Positions 40,290 to 54,374 of a DNA stretch of 64,000 nucleotides are shown here, piece after piece. Below the pieces are notes generated by a model. It was not told the DNA's origin and made no database searches. It worked only from the letters and a program-made list of their open reading frames with translations. The first letter of the stretch is position 1. Each line of letters starts with the position of its first letter. The DNA comes from Octopus sinensis (lineage: Eukaryota): positions 27,714,001 to 27,778,000 of the forward strand of contig NC_043008.1 in NCBI RefSeq assembly GCF_006345805.1, given 5' to 3'. The translations under genes were made by a program, and so were the position numbers.

Positions 40290-41292
40290 CATACATACAT
40301 ACATACATGTATGCATGGATCCATAAATGCATACGTACATACATATTGACGCTCTGTCTGCTACACTGTTTCAGTTGATCTGAACAATGGAAAACCCTGC
40401 TCATGAAATTAACATTCAAGTGGCTGAGAACTCCACAGACTCATGCTTTCTCATGTATCGAATTTCTTAGGAAGATTCATCATGACAACAATGTAGCAAA
40501 GACGGCTCTTTAAACTACAGTTACAACTCAGTTTTGCCAGCTGAATGGGCTGGAGCAACGTGAAATAATGTGTCTTGATCAAGGACACAGTGCAGTACCT
40601 GGAATCAAACTCAAGGCCTTACAATTGTAAGATGAATGCCCAAAGCACTACGCCATGTGCCTTCATTTCTATGAAAACACTCTATCATTTACGATGACAT
40701 GTGTTCCAGTCGATCCGATCAATAAAGCAGCTTGCCCATGAATTTAATATGAAAGTCTGCGCACGTTACTGACACGTATACCATTAATAATATAGTTCGC
40801 AGGGATATTTAGCATGACACACAATTTGAAAGAATGGTACTTTCAATTTCAGGTACACCACTTTCTTGCCAGCTAAGGGGGAAAATGTGTCTTGCTCAAG
40901 GACACAACGAGCCGCCGTGAATTGAACTCAATATTTTACAATGGCAAGTGAACTCTCAAAGTACTTTGCCATATTCCTTCGCTCCTATGAAAACCCTCTA
41001 TCCGTTATGATAACAAGTGCTCTAGTCGATCTGATCAATGGAATAGCTTGCTCGTACAATTAATGTGCAAGAGTCTGAATGCTCCAGAGACATGCGTACT
41101 CTTAATGTAATTCTAAGGGAGATTCAGTGTCACACAGAATGGGACAAGGCTGGCCCTTTTGAAATACCCGTACACATTACATTTGCCACCGACATGAAAC
41201 AAAGTGTCTTGATCAATGGCACAACATACTGCCAGGAACCAAACTCACAATCTTACGTTCGTGAGCTGAGTACACATGCCGCTAAGCCTTCC
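40040..41292 (-). mobile_element. Head-to-tail array of four SINE family B copies (about 40040-40188, 40355-40665, 40695-40981, 41010-41292)
   Basis: Each has a tRNA-like head with a B-box-like G(T/A)GTT.GATT motif and the GTGTCTTG.TCAA core. Junctions repeat at 316 bp (CTATGAAAAC at 40669 and 40985). Confidence 0.75.
40195..40345. repeat. (TACA)n microsatellite
   Basis: Direct reading. Confidence 0.95.
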
Positions 41293-41321
41293 ACCAATAT
41301 ACAATAGCTGACGAAAAATGT

Positions 41322-41549
41322 TTAACACTTTAGGATTGGGAATTTTATGTCAAACGTAATTCTCATTTATTCATATTGATTTGAATCAATCATGCATTAT
41401 CTCATGGCTTTAAGATTTCAATGACCTGATTGTGTATTTTTAGAATAATATTTTTGGGTATGTGTGAGAGGCAATGTCTGGCCAGTTTGAAGTTGGAACG
41501 TTTAGAATATGTGGGTCGGAGATGACCAGTTTAAATGCTAAAGGGTTAA
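41322..41549. mobile_element. TTAA-flanked MITE, piggyBac-like ends
   Basis: Left end TTAACACTTTAG and right end CTAAAGGGTTAA are near-inverted termini (TTAA-CCC-TTTAG consensus). About 228 bp, non-coding. Confidence 0.65.
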
Positions 41550-42289
41550 ATATGTTTAATCTTCTTTGCAGTTGCAGTTATGGATTTAATAATGTGCTTC
41601 TGGACTAATTGTAACTTCAGTCTGATGAAACATGAAAGAAAATCATTTAGGAAAATGATATTGTTAAATTGATATGTAGTCAAAACATTGGTTTGTATTA
41701 ATGTAAGAAAGTCTATTCGAGACATGATTCCATAATTCAGTACTAATCAACAATCTATATAACAATGTGCTTTGTTGTTCGCCCCTTATACTTTAGAGAG
41801 GCGGAAATGGTGTGAGTGAGGAGTAGAATAAAAGTGAGAGATAGGGAGAAATTGGAATTAAAATAATACGCTAAGGCCAAGCAACATGTGGTTAGTTGAA
41901 GGGAGAGGTGAAGAGTGGGAGGAAAAGAAGATGAGAAAAGTGATGATGATCTGCTCTAGGGTGGGGATGTAAAGGTGAAGAGAAATTTTAAAATATCAAA
42001 AATATTAAGTGGGCAGTACAGAATTTAAAAGTTTTGGAAGGGATAGAGAAAAAGAGAGAAATATAAGATGCTAAGCAGAGGGAAATTTTAAAATCATATA
42101 TTTATTTGTGACTGGAAAGGAAATAACTTAGCAAAATAAAAATAACCCATAGCCTCACTAACAAAACACTATCCCCATAAACTGGCCATGTCCATCTTTA
42201 TCTTAATACTCTACTCCTCTACAAATTACAGTTTACTACTTTTCCGCAATTATCATTTACTGATTATGTTGTTGTTCTTGTTGGCATCC

Positions 42290-42695
42290 TTTTGTCTCGG
42301 GATACAATGGACTTGCGCATAAACTAATCCAGTCTGGTTTTTACATTTCATGTCCTCTCCAGTTTTGCGCAGGCATGGGCTAGATGTAAGAAAATCTTGG
42401 ATAGCCCAATCATCAAGATTCCTCTCTCGACCTTGCTGACGTAGTACAAAGGATTGCAGAGCATTACGTTTGACACCAGCTTGGTTGCAGGAGCTGCCGG
42501 AAGAGTGTCGAGTCGAAGACAAAACGGCCTACGGGGCTCCACTCCGGATATCATTGAAGGTTGTCTCCCTTCCGTAACCCTGGATAGGGACCCATACTGA
42601 GTACTATGAGCCGGATGCAGCTGAGCCCGGCACTCGTGTTAGGTAGGGTCGTCACTCCCTGAAGTAGTGAAGGAAATCGCTACCCACTACCTGTA
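42290..42695 (-). mobile_element. GC-rich repeat fragment, possibly a LINE (RTE-type) 5' region
   Basis: Abrupt GC-rich island in AT-rich DNA. The motif CGGCAGCTCCTGCAACCAAGCTGGTGTCAAACG recalls RTE 5' regions (from memory only). No diagnostic protein motif. Confidence 0.35.
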
Positions 42696-42758
42696 TATGT
42701 ATGTGTATATATGTTGTATATGTTGTATATATATCTATAGATATATTTGTTGTGAAAG

Positions 42759-42801
<43 letters not shown>

Positions 42802-42921
42802 AACACATACACATATATATACTTACATATATATACATTCATACATCCATCCATTTATGTATATACATATACATAATATATATTTATATAAATGCATATA
42901 TGTATAATTATTTTTATACAT

Positions 42922-42974
<53 letters not shown>

Positions 42975-43002
42975 TATATTTATATAATTTACATTCTGAT
43001 GC

Positions 43003-43151
43003 TACTTAGTTTGAGGCACCAGCATTTAGGATGGTATTATCCATACAATTTATAATAAGGTGATTAAAATCAAAATAAGCAACAAGGATATCCAGAGGTA
43101 ATGCAGTACGATCGTTTCATGCGACTCCATTTAATTGAACAATACCAGCAT

Positions 43152-43152
<1 letters not shown>
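43003..43152 (-). mobile_element. Short HHR-bearing interspersed element, copy 2 (3' half of the HHR only)
   Basis: Homologous to 6398-6540. Minus strand GTCGCAT-GAAA-CGATCG-TA-CTGCATT. The CUGANGA half is replaced by the (AT)n array at 43156. Confidence 0.6.
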
Positions 43153-43229
<77 letters not shown>

Positions 43230-43420
43230 TATGACAAGTGAAGAATACGTGTGGGTAAAGAGAACCCAGCCGTATAAGAAAACCTTGAATAAAGCAGTAT
43301 AATTTTGTTAACCTTAGGATATAAATGTGTACTACAATTGATTAAATATAAGTCTTCGAAATGCAGAAGACTATTACAGCAAAGGACCTTAAGTCATGTA
43401 CAAAGAAAACACATGTTAGA

Positions 43421-43515
43421 ATGTTCCGTTGTGTCTGGGGTGAGTCATTCTCTTTTAGTGCCTTATTATTTAAGGCACTGAAAGAGAATGACTCTCCCCA
43501 GACAAAACAGAATAT
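43421..43515. other. Long imperfect hairpin (34-bp core stem, 5-nt loop)
   Basis: TGTCTGGGG-T-GAGTCATTCTCTTTTAGTGCCTTA (43432-43465) / TTATT loop / TAAGGCACTGAAAGAGAATGACTC-T-CCCCAGACA (43471-43504). Looser pairing extends about 11 bp further out. Confidence 0.9.
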
Positions 43516-44699
43516 GTTTCAACACACGAACTCATATAAAGAATCTTGCAAACCAAATCCAAAAACGAAACATGTTGGAATGTGATATGAAAAATTGCAT
43601 CTTAAGAAATGAAACTTAAATGCGTATAACTTTGCTTTCTTCATTATCTATTATCTACATGAGACCCATTGAATCGAATTGAGAATTTACCAACCAAGAG
43701 AATTACAGATTATCTGTTTATTCTAATTTTACAAACTTTACTTATATCAGTTACTTCTGCCTTCGACGATAACAAACTGTAACTGCTTCAAAGTGAGTTC
43801 ATCACTGCTAATATCATAACAGCAACAACAAAACCGTGGAGATAGAGCAACAGTGGTTGTTGAGTCAGCTACTGCATGGTTGGCCGAACCTGCTGTGGAA
43901 ACAAAAAGAACAAGCATACCAAAAATTATCACTGACCTCATGTAATAGCAAATCAAACTCAATAACGTCAACCGCAACATATAACGTAAATGAGCAAGAA
44001 ACATGGAAGTTGGAACAAAATTTCAAACGCCATCTGACAAACCACAACCTGTGAAATGCTGTGAGATGAAGGTGACATCTAATATTTTAAATAACAAAAC
44101 TTTTCCTGGGTAAGGAAAGAAAGAGAACGTCATAAAACCATAAAATAGTTAATACATTCAAGCGAACAGAAGACCTTATTTTCACAAACAAGCACCAGCA
44201 CCAGCATGACCAACAGCAGCAGCAGTACCACCACCACCACAACCACAGCCACTACCACCACCATCATCACAATAACACCCCACATCCACCACATCCACAA
44301 ATGCCAACAACTATACCGTTATTATCACTACAGCCACCACCAGAAATACCACTAGGTTTCAACATAATCACAGTGTACCTATTACGTGCATTTCTAAATA
44401 TGAATATATAATAGATATATGTTTATGACTCTTGACAGAAATTATACATTACTGTCTGTATTCGTGTCATAAAGCAGGCTTCATACATTGGGACAAGCTG
44501 TCAGAAGTTACGTTCGATGTAGAGAATTGGTCCTTGCAATGGACGAAGAGGATTTGTAAACAATAGCGGAAATATGCTGTGAATATAAAATATGGTGAGA
44601 AACACTCGCATAAAATACCATAAATTTCAAAAGTAATATGAATCCGCTCGTGCACCCAATGGAAATTGCTTTAATTTTGATAGAGAAAACAAAAGATAT

Positions 44700-45896
44700 T
44701 GTTACGGTTGGGTAAGTGCATTTCGGGTTTAATTAGTGTAGTGTTTCTGGTGACCCACATAGGAATAATGGTTCCAGTATGTCTGGTGAAAAGTGACGGG
44801 TCCTTTGTCTAGTGGGAGATTAATGAGACCTTTCTGACCTTGTGCGGTCGATTGGAGGTCATTCTGAGCACCCCTTGAATAAGTGAAAGAGGAAGACAGA
44901 TTAAGGGAATCTAAGAACAGATGGAGAGGGTATTGACAGTAAGAGAAAAGGGACAGATAGAGAGGCTAAGGGATCAGAGAGCAGATAGAGGTAGGCAGTA
45001 AGATCAGAGAGCAAATAGAAAGGCTAAGAGACAGCAGGCGATATAGATAGGATATAAGGACCAGGGCAGTTAGAGAGGGTGTCAGCGGTACAGAGGGAGA
45101 TGGGGGAGTGGAAGCAAGGACAGAGACGAAGTGAGGTCTTGGCAGTCGTTGAGCCGTCGTCGAGGAACACAAACGGATCTTGGCAGTTCGTGGCTGGTCG
45201 TCGAAGAAGAGAGACGGACTCTGGAGGTCAGAGCGAGTGGATGGAATCTTGGAGGCGTTGGAATTCTTGGGAGCGAGCTGGGATGCGATAGCTTGGCGGC
45301 ACTGATTGGGATATGTTCAGAGGGAATATGTACAGAAGGATTTAGCAGTATTCAGAGGAATTAGCAGGATTGAGAGGAATGGGACACTGGCAGATTCAAT
45401 TAGGAATTAAGGTATGTGATTTGTGTATTGAACAGTGAAGAGAACAGTCAGAGACTCTGTCGATGTGTCGATTATCGAGTTGTGGTATTTGAGTTCGGAA
45501 TTGAGTAAAGGACTTGTTGATGTGACTTTATCTGTGATGTTCAGAAAGAGACTTTAAAGAACTGTTGTCTTGGGACGTGTACTCTTGAATTGTTACATGA
45601 TGTTGTATTATGCTTTGATCTGTTGTATTATGTATTGAGTAGTCACGTGCATGCTTTGATGTATCTTGATGTTGTAACAATTGTAATTGTCGTATAAACT
45701 GTTGTTTGAATATAAGCCAGTGTTGCCAGTTGTTGCCTTGCCTCTTTGGGTTGTATCTCGGGTTGTGCCTCTGTATCTCTGTGCTGTTGAGGTTGTGGCA
45801 GTATCTATCTGTATCTCCTCTCTCCGCCTCTTTGGGTTCCGTGGCGGAACTTGTGTGAGCCGTTCGGGACGGGCGACGACGGGGGATTCCGTAACA
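44700..45896 (+). mobile_element. Solo LTR-like element (probably Gypsy-type), 1197 bp
   Basis: Termini TGTTACGG...CCGTAACA (8-bp inverted, TG...CA) are flanked by an ATAT direct repeat (44696-44699 and 45897-45900). The interior is GC-richer and non-coding, with a TATA-like GATATAAG at about 45051. Confidence 0.75.
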
Positions 45897-48800
45897 ATAT
45901 ATTCGACTTGTGATTCGTAAAACACAAATTTTATCATCAACATTTGTACTGCATTCTCTAAGATGTAATGGTTGACAAAGAGATTCATGTAGTTATTGCT
46001 GTAATATCGCAGTGTAAAGAGAGTAGAATAGACACACTGTATAGTACTGAAATATGTTTGGAAATATGGCGTTTGTGAACCTCAGGAAATGTTTTGGATT
46101 GAGAAGGTAGTTAATATTATAGGCAGAGCACTATTCTTTAGGGTAGCAAGGGATTCTTAGTATAGAGTTGAGTAGGAGGTCATATGTGATGGCTGATATA
46201 TTTATTCCTTGATAATATTCAGCATTTAGAATAACATACCATCTTTATTAGTAAAAGACTTGAATAACGTTTGCTTCTCAAAGCAGACTGTTTATGGAAT
46301 ATTCTATCAAGGATCATTCATGGTTCGTGCCATTGTTGCGATATATTATGAGAAAAGAAATGTTGTGGTGCAAAGATATATATGAAAGCCGAATATGGGT
46401 GTGACTTATGATACATAACAAATGGTTTCGTTCTGTAATGAATTTTGAGGCATGAACGTGCGTGTATCCAATAAAATAAATGGCATACTGATATAAGACT
46501 TTGAAACATCCTATCATTCAAAGCGCAAAGACGTAGTTTTTCTTTTTTAATACGATTATAAGAGATATGCTAATGATTGTAGAGCCATTCTTCATGGAAC
46601 ATGCAAATGCAACTTCACTTTCAGTTAACCAATACAGGAAAGGAGAGTCCACTAATGTATGACATATATGGTACTCAAATTGTAAACAAAATAATCTAAG
46701 AAAACTTAGATATTAAGTAGGGAAATTGTTTGCAAATTATCATGAAATCTCTTCAGGTTGAAATAGAAATAATTTGGATCTATTTTCACGCAGTTATTTA
46801 CGGCAAAGTATATTCAATTTATGTTTGTTACGAAACTGATGAGAGGGATTTATCTCAGTAAGAAGCTTTGGCTTAACAATAGTCTGCTAAATTTCAAAAC
46901 TTGAGTATTGCCTGGATGTAGTATCAGATTTGGATGCTAAAAACATACAATCACTTCTCCATATATGATATACGTATGATCAAGTTTAAAATTTCGTCTC
47001 TCGGGTTATATGTGAAAGGACGCAGTAGATATGTAAATAAAATTGTAAACAAAATAGCATCCATGTATTTGATAAACATCCGTTTGTTCTTTTTTTGTAA
47101 CTGACCTTGTGAGGAAACCACAGAACATCTCATTTTCGAGATAGTCAAAAAGATGTTATGTAAAACTAAACGATTTACAATTTACTTCTGAGCAAAGAAG
47201 TGTTCACTGAGATTAGACGAGTATTAACAGAGTTTTGGCGAAAGTTGGATCGATTGAGGAATGGATTCCCGTATATCCTATGCAGCTGAGACTCCATTAC
47301 TTTCACAACGAAATTGTTTTATGCACTAAAAACATGCTCATCCAAAACATAAAATATCGTATTACACGGTTAATTGGACACATGCGGTGGAAAAGTAATT
47401 TTGGAATGGTGTCACGCATAATTTATCTAGATTTGGATATTTTTAAAGTAATGTATGCTTATTCTACTTTAGGCACAGGTTCAACGTTATTTTCTGTCAA
47501 ACATGGTAGCAAAATCTATTGGGAGGTCTCTGAAAATAAATAAGCGTGTATCTGTGTCAATTTTGCTTCTATCTACTGAGGTATCCGAAACCTAACCTCA
47601 TTATTAGTAATATATAAATTTCAACAATAAGGAATAATCTGAAATAAACAGAGAATCAAAGAAAGTACACTAGTCAGAGAGAACAAACCAATAGGTGAAA
47701 GCAGAAAAAGATATTAGGTAAGCAATATAGAATTTTGAAGCGATGTTTAATACATTTCATTTTTTATATTAAATATTCAACAAGAAAGTAGAATATAGAT
47801 ATGGTTGTAATGACAGCTAAATAATTGATAGCATTCGTAAATATATACTTTCATGCATTCAGTAGCGCATACATACAGAGAATTTCATTTCATAACAAAC
47901 AATCGCAATTTCTATGTATTTGACTTCAACAAAATAATACATTCATCTACGTTATATAAATGCACACGCGTACACAGTATACGCAGATATATACGTAAGC
48001 GCTTCATGAGAATATTTATATATGTATATTTGAAAGCAAGCATATACATACACACACGCCCCCACAAACACACGCAAATAGTATAACAAATATCCAAGCT
48101 TGCTTTTGACAATGAACTGAAATAACAGTTACTGAATAAATTTATTGATTAGTTGTTTGATAACTTCAAATGTATTTGCATTAGGTTTTAGGAAATGTAG
48201 CTACTTAAAATGAAATTTCAGTGGAATCGCACCTTGTTTCGAAATTAAGATGTCTGTGAGGACATTGTTTCTTCTATTTTTTTGCAGATCTTTTTAAGTT
48301 TCGTGTTTGATCACTTTATTTACTACGTACCGTGTCCCGGACACCTTATTTTCTGAGTTTCTTATAGCATATTCTGTTCTCTCTCTTTTTTTCAGATAGT
48401 TTATCTCCCCTGTCTCATTTGATACAACTAACTCAGGGATTCTTGCACCAACTCCAGGTGACATTCCTATCCAAGTGAACTAAGTCAATTTTTGTTGATC
48501 ATTGTCGAATGTAGGAATCTGACCAAACACTGCAGCTTCTCTTCTGTAAGTTTCATCTTTTCTATTATTTTTTCTTAACTTGAAGAAGGACAATTGTCTA
48601 AAATTTCATTCATCTTCTTTTCCTTTCCCCAGCAACACACTAGCATTGTCTTTCTAGGATCATTCGTTTTTTTTAATTATTTTTGATATAATTTAGCTCG
48701 TGTTTTAGCTGACATTAATTTCGGAGCTAGTGCAGGTATAAGCTGATAACTATAGAATGTATTAGCTTACTGTATTTAGCATACAATCGCTACACTAGCT

Positions 48801-51376
48801 CGAACCAAATTACACACGTAGGGAATTCCTGGCGAAATCGAGATATCAAGAGCATTTTCTTGTAACCTCCAGTGTACTTCAAATTACACATTATAGAGTT
48901 AAAGGGAAATACAGATAAAAACGGCCACTGCGTTTAGGATCATAATACGTTAGATATGCTCGTCATTAATGAACAAAATATGACGTATATCTCAGATAGA
49001 ATCATATATATTAATCATATGTTAAGCTTCATGAGAAAATAAATTTGGGGCAACTAATTGCTGATGTATTCACACGTAAGTAAGTTGTGTTTATTATGAA
49101 TAGAGATTGTGTGTTTGTACGAAAATGAGATAATAAAACAAATATATATATATATATATATATATACTGGTTATGTCGCTTTTTCAGCTTTAAGAAGAAC
49201 ATTTTGCGAAAATGTTCCTCAAAAATTCTCCTCACATTTTAAAAACAACGTATCAAAAGAAAGAAAAATCAATTTTGCTAGAATTCAGAAATATTATATA
49301 AATACTGTTAATCACATCCAATTCTACGAGAAACACGTTGGTACATTTAAAAATGAGCAGCATACAAATCCACTTATCTTCTTTTTAACGAACATCGCCA
49401 AAGGAAATATACGTGTAATCATCACTTCAAAGATGCCGCTGCTTTAAAATAAATTAAATTCCTGCCAGAATCAACTTCAAATGCATATGCGCGAGTGTAT
49501 CCAAAAGCCATGAAGCTTCAACACAAATTTCTTGCAAGCACATCTCAGGAAATATGACCACGTATCACTGTACTTAGAAGCACGTTCCTATGATGTTATC
49601 TTTGTGAATATATCATTGCATCAGAATGGTTCAGGACTTGAATTTTTTCGTAGCCGCTATACTTGATGTTGTATAGACAACCTTAAATCTGATTCTACTG
49701 GAACATAGTGACAAAACGCAACGTAAAAATAAATAATATCCCATAAGGTGACGGTTTTGTCTTTGAAATTTTTGAGATGAGAGGGAAATGTACACTGCTT
49801 TACATGTTCAAAGGAAATGCTAACTTGTAGATACTAATCATGGGTTTAATGAATAGTCTTAGCACTTTCTTTAGGACAAACTTAATACAATAAAACTGCT
49901 TATTAATTGTGCTTATATGGGCAAGACTTTATTACATTATAGAAGATTGATTTCTATTAAAATATATATTTAACTGATGGTACAAAATCTATATTTGATA
50001 CTAAAGTACTTGTTAAATAATATGCATTTTAGAACATTACATAGAATAATCAGGACAAAATTGTCAAAACAAAATCAATGAAGACAAGCATTATAACTTT
50101 TACTTCTATCATGAGAGGCTGAAATGGAAAGATAGAACCAAATTTTATGGAAATACTTATGGGAATAGTTATGGGAACCAAATTTTATTGGAATAGTTTT
50201 CTTACTAGATTTTATGTTGACAAATTGCTATCGATCTAATAAGCTAGGTCATTGATCAACTACAGCAATAAATAAGTCGCTATCTTCTTTTAACATTCAT
50301 ACAGCATTAGAAAGATAGATGAAGAATATATGTACATGTACGTGGGTACAAGATGAAAGAATGTGATTGTTTGTTTATGCACTTATGTGCATCTGTCAAC
50401 ATGCGTTGGTTTACATCTGTATATACGATGGAAAAGAAAATAACTTACATATATGCGTACGTCATGTGTGCATATATATTCACATATTTAGCGATTAGTG
50501 TGTTTAAAAGAAGCAATTGCGATTGTTTTGCGATATCCCATAACTGGAATAAACAACTGAAAAAGGAAATCAATTCGATGGAATGTTCCGAACTGAACAT
50601 GAAAACTGCAAAGATTAAATTACAGGAAATATCAATAAATTACATCATAATGTGATGAACTGTAAAACCGCTGAAGACCAGAAAACATTCACTTCTTGAT
50701 ATTGAACTAGTCAATAACACCATACAGTTACAAATATTCACATACAGACAGATCCTGCGACAATCTTACAACCGGATAAAAAAATGAATCATATACATAT
50801 ATAGATGTATGCGCACACACACACACACGCACACACACACACACACAGGCACTAGAAAATACGCATATAAATGTATGTACTTCGCTTTCTCCTTTCTACT
50901 GTTGAAATATTTCTACAAACAACGTAAGAATATTTCAACATGTCCTATCAATGGATTTCTGTATATAATAAAACTAACGATTTACATGATGAATTTCAGA
51001 TACAGCTTATATAGTTTCATTGTTAGGTTTACAGATCTGATTTCAAGTATATTAGCTCTATTCAGCTGAAAAAGCTCAGATTGTGCAAACTATTACATAA
51101 GCTGTCACTTACATAACCAGTCTCACATACAAATATGTGTACATATCCAAATGCCAAACCAGGAAATGGAAGGAGTAAGTAACGTTACAGTCGATAATAG
51201 ATATTCGGTTTCAGAGTGAATGTATTGAAATTTTCGCATCTAATTTGTCAAACGTCCAACACAAATGTGTGTGAGTGCATAACTTGGAATACATACAAAC
51301 GTATACACACGTGTGCATATCTGAACATTTATGCATTATACATATATTGATCTATATCTATATTTATCTATCTATT

Positions 51377-51478
<102 letters not shown>

Positions 51479-51979
51479 TGTGTGTGTTGTGTGTGTGTGT
51501 GTTTGTGTATACATACACCCACATATATGATGCATGTGTGTGTGTGTATAAGTCTTATTTCCGAAACACCTATATAAGAGCGGCTGATTTTGCATTGAAA
51601 GCTACTATATATGTAAAATTTCCGAGAAAATTCCATAAATTGCAATACTGAATTAGATAATATTAATAAAAACTAATAAAAACATTTATTTATGAATTTG
51701 TTTTGCAAGGTTCGTGATGTAAAATCATGAATTGATAATGTTATATTTTTGATGGTCATTTATTTTTCTTGCCAAATAAACACACACACACTGTGTATCT
51801 TCATTCATCACTCGTTTATTATCATTTTTATTTTATGTCATATCCATTGTCTGGAAATCTTTCGTCACACACACATACGCACACACATTTATATATACAT
51901 ATCGAGGAATAGAAATAGATGCCAATGAACACACACACACACATATATATATATAATGTGTGTGTTTGTGCGTGTGTGT

Positions 51980-52095
51980 GCATCCGATAGGCACCTTTCT
52001 CTCTCCTTCTACGAAATCCACTAATGAATGTTTGTCGGCTCGAGATTATAGTACAAGACACTTGCTAAATATGCCACGCTGTGTAACTGAAACAG
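51980..52095 (-). mobile_element. Diverged SINE family C fragment
   Basis: CTAC.AAATCCACT.A..GA...TT.GTCGGC.CGAG..TATAG.A.AAGACACTTGC..AA.ATGCCACGC aligns to 58195-58275. Confidence 0.6.
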
Positions 52096-54236
52096 GTGCT
52101 AGGAGATTCCACCTATCCATCTTATTCACCCACTGTTCCTGGAAAGTTCTTGTGGGCAAAATTTATAGGCACCACCTCCATGAGGCTAATTTAGAAACAC
52201 ATTTCAGTATATTTTCCGGGAGAATTCCTAAACCTAAATAACTGAATTTATGTATTATATCCAATCACCTCATTCTGAGCCTGTCTAAGGTAGCCTACCA
52301 TTTGGCTTGGCTCGGTGTATCAATTCTTTCATGTGATATTCTTATCACTTCCATTCAGATTAAACACATATATATACATTTATGCCTGGATATGTATATA
52401 TGTATTTATTATCTCCTTGAAGTCTTCTCTTTTTCGGGGTGTTTAGTTTGAAAGATGCTTTTAATATTATGTCATGCCTGGATAATTTTTATGATGCAGG
52501 ATTGATATCAGTTAATGAGATATTTTAAATATTTTTCATACTTTTACGCCAATGTATGTGATCCATTAGTTCTTTATTGCTTGCGTTTACAGCTGTGTAA
52601 TTAATGATTCCTTTTGTTTTGTTCGTGTCGTGCTGTTTAATCTCAATATTCTTGCGTGTGGAATGTAGGTGGTGCTTGTGGTTGTAATGTTTCCGCCTGC
52701 GGTTGTGCTGTTAAAGGTGACAGGGATGATGGTATTAATTTTACTGTAGTAGCTGATGTCGTGTGTAGTCATGGTGTATTGTTCACCAAGAGCTCCTCAT
52801 TCAGCTGTCGGTATCTGCTATCTTTTGTATTAGTATATTTTGGTCTCATTTCATTCTCTTTGTATTGGCTGTTGTTTCATTAATTCTCGTTACCAACTCC
52901 TTCACTACTCATCCGTATATTAGTGACCCCGAGCAGAGACGGAAAAGCTTTAGAGGAAACTGTTGGTAAAGGTAAAGTTGTCGTATTGGAAATACTGAAT
53001 ATCTCTCAGCTATGATTTTAATTTTGTTATTGACGTAGAAACTGTTGAAACGATTATTATTCGCACGCTTGTGACATCGCAATAGCCTAGATTTTAGTTT
53101 CATCTGCAGTCGATTCGTGTCCTCCATTTGAATGAGGTTAGTGACATTCAGGGTGATTTTTTTTTCTTCTTTTTCTTTTAGTGCCATAGGTTCTACTTTC
53201 AGAAACTTGTTCAAAGTTAACCTGAAACTATTTTTTCGGGGAAATCATTTATTTTTACTTACCAACTTGTTCGAGTTTTGAAACCGAACATTTCACAAAC
53301 CGCAAGAAATCTGGGGATATGTTTGCGATTTTGAGTCGAATCACTCTACATCGCAGGTAAACCGCTATCAGTGTAGTAAGACGGTGGATGTATGTTACCA
53401 TGTGAGATATAAAATGTTTATACGGAACTTATGGTCAGGTGCCATAAATTGGTACATTTCTGTCTATTCCTTAAACAGACGTTGGGTCGATTTACAGCTA
53501 TTCCATACAATTTGTGTGTTGAGGTCGATAAGCGCCAACACAAAATGGTTTCCCTTTCTGTTTAGTCTACAAAACATGCTATACTAAGAGTATTTTTCCC
53601 TGTTGTAGCTTGTTGATTTTTTTCTCTCCCACTTTGGAATACTCATGTTTATTCTCTGGTGAGGTGGAATCGAGCACGTCTAAAATTTTATAGAAAGAAT
53701 CCTTTATTTACAAAGTTATCACTGCCGATGCTGTTACTATTAACGGTATCCTCCTTCTCATGGCATTCATTGCTGGTTCTTGGGTTTCATGGCGGCGGTT
53801 GTGTTGGCAATGATAGCAGTATATTATTTAATCCTACTGCTGGTAATTTTACAAACATCTTTGATTGGCATGTCATTGTTCTTGATGCAGCTACCGTTGT
53901 TATTGATGTTGTTGCTGTTGTTCTTGCTACTAATGCTGCTGCTACTATTTGTAATTGAAATTACATTTTCTGTACTCTACAGTACTAGATGACTGCGAAA
54001 GAGCGTATCATCTTCAAATCCTCCTTTCAGCATTCTCTGCTGCTGACCGGTCGACGAAGACAACGCCATTTAGAAGTGTTTTCTATATTCCGAAAAGTTT
54101 TCATTCGTTTAAAAACATGCCACTCTAGGAGTAGAAACGCAGCCGGTTAAAGTATCATGGTGCCGTTGTCTGCAATTAGGAAGCCAGGTACGAATGCAGG
54201 ACACCAGTTGTTCCCAAACAATCTGAGTCAAAAGAA

Positions 54237-54285
54237 TGACGATGATGATGATGATGATGATGATGATTATAATAACAACAACAGC

Positions 54286-54374
<89 letters not shown>

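Noticed and set aside
42600-42695. Possible HDV-like or twister ribozyme at the 5' end of the GC-rich LINE-like fragment (GGTAGTG/CACTACT pairing; CCTAACAC..TGCCGG)
   Set aside because: No GG follows the putative P1 for an HDV P1.1, and no CCC-AAGC loop or GUG-GAG-GG strand is present for a twister. It folds adequately as nested hairpins.
44003-44075. ATG-started MEVGTKFQTPSDKPQPVKCCEMK followed by GTGACA
   Set aside because: Weak donor site and no recognisable family. Not supportable as an exon.
48380-48552. Polypyrimidine-AG at about 48396 and GTAAGT at about 48547 bracketing about 150 nt
   Set aside because: Stops occur in all three frames. It could be a non-coding exon, but sequence alone cannot support this.
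52909-53214. 101-aa minus-strand ORF (MNKFLKVEPMALKEKEEKK...)
   Set aside because: No recognisable domain, and the length is within chance expectation.
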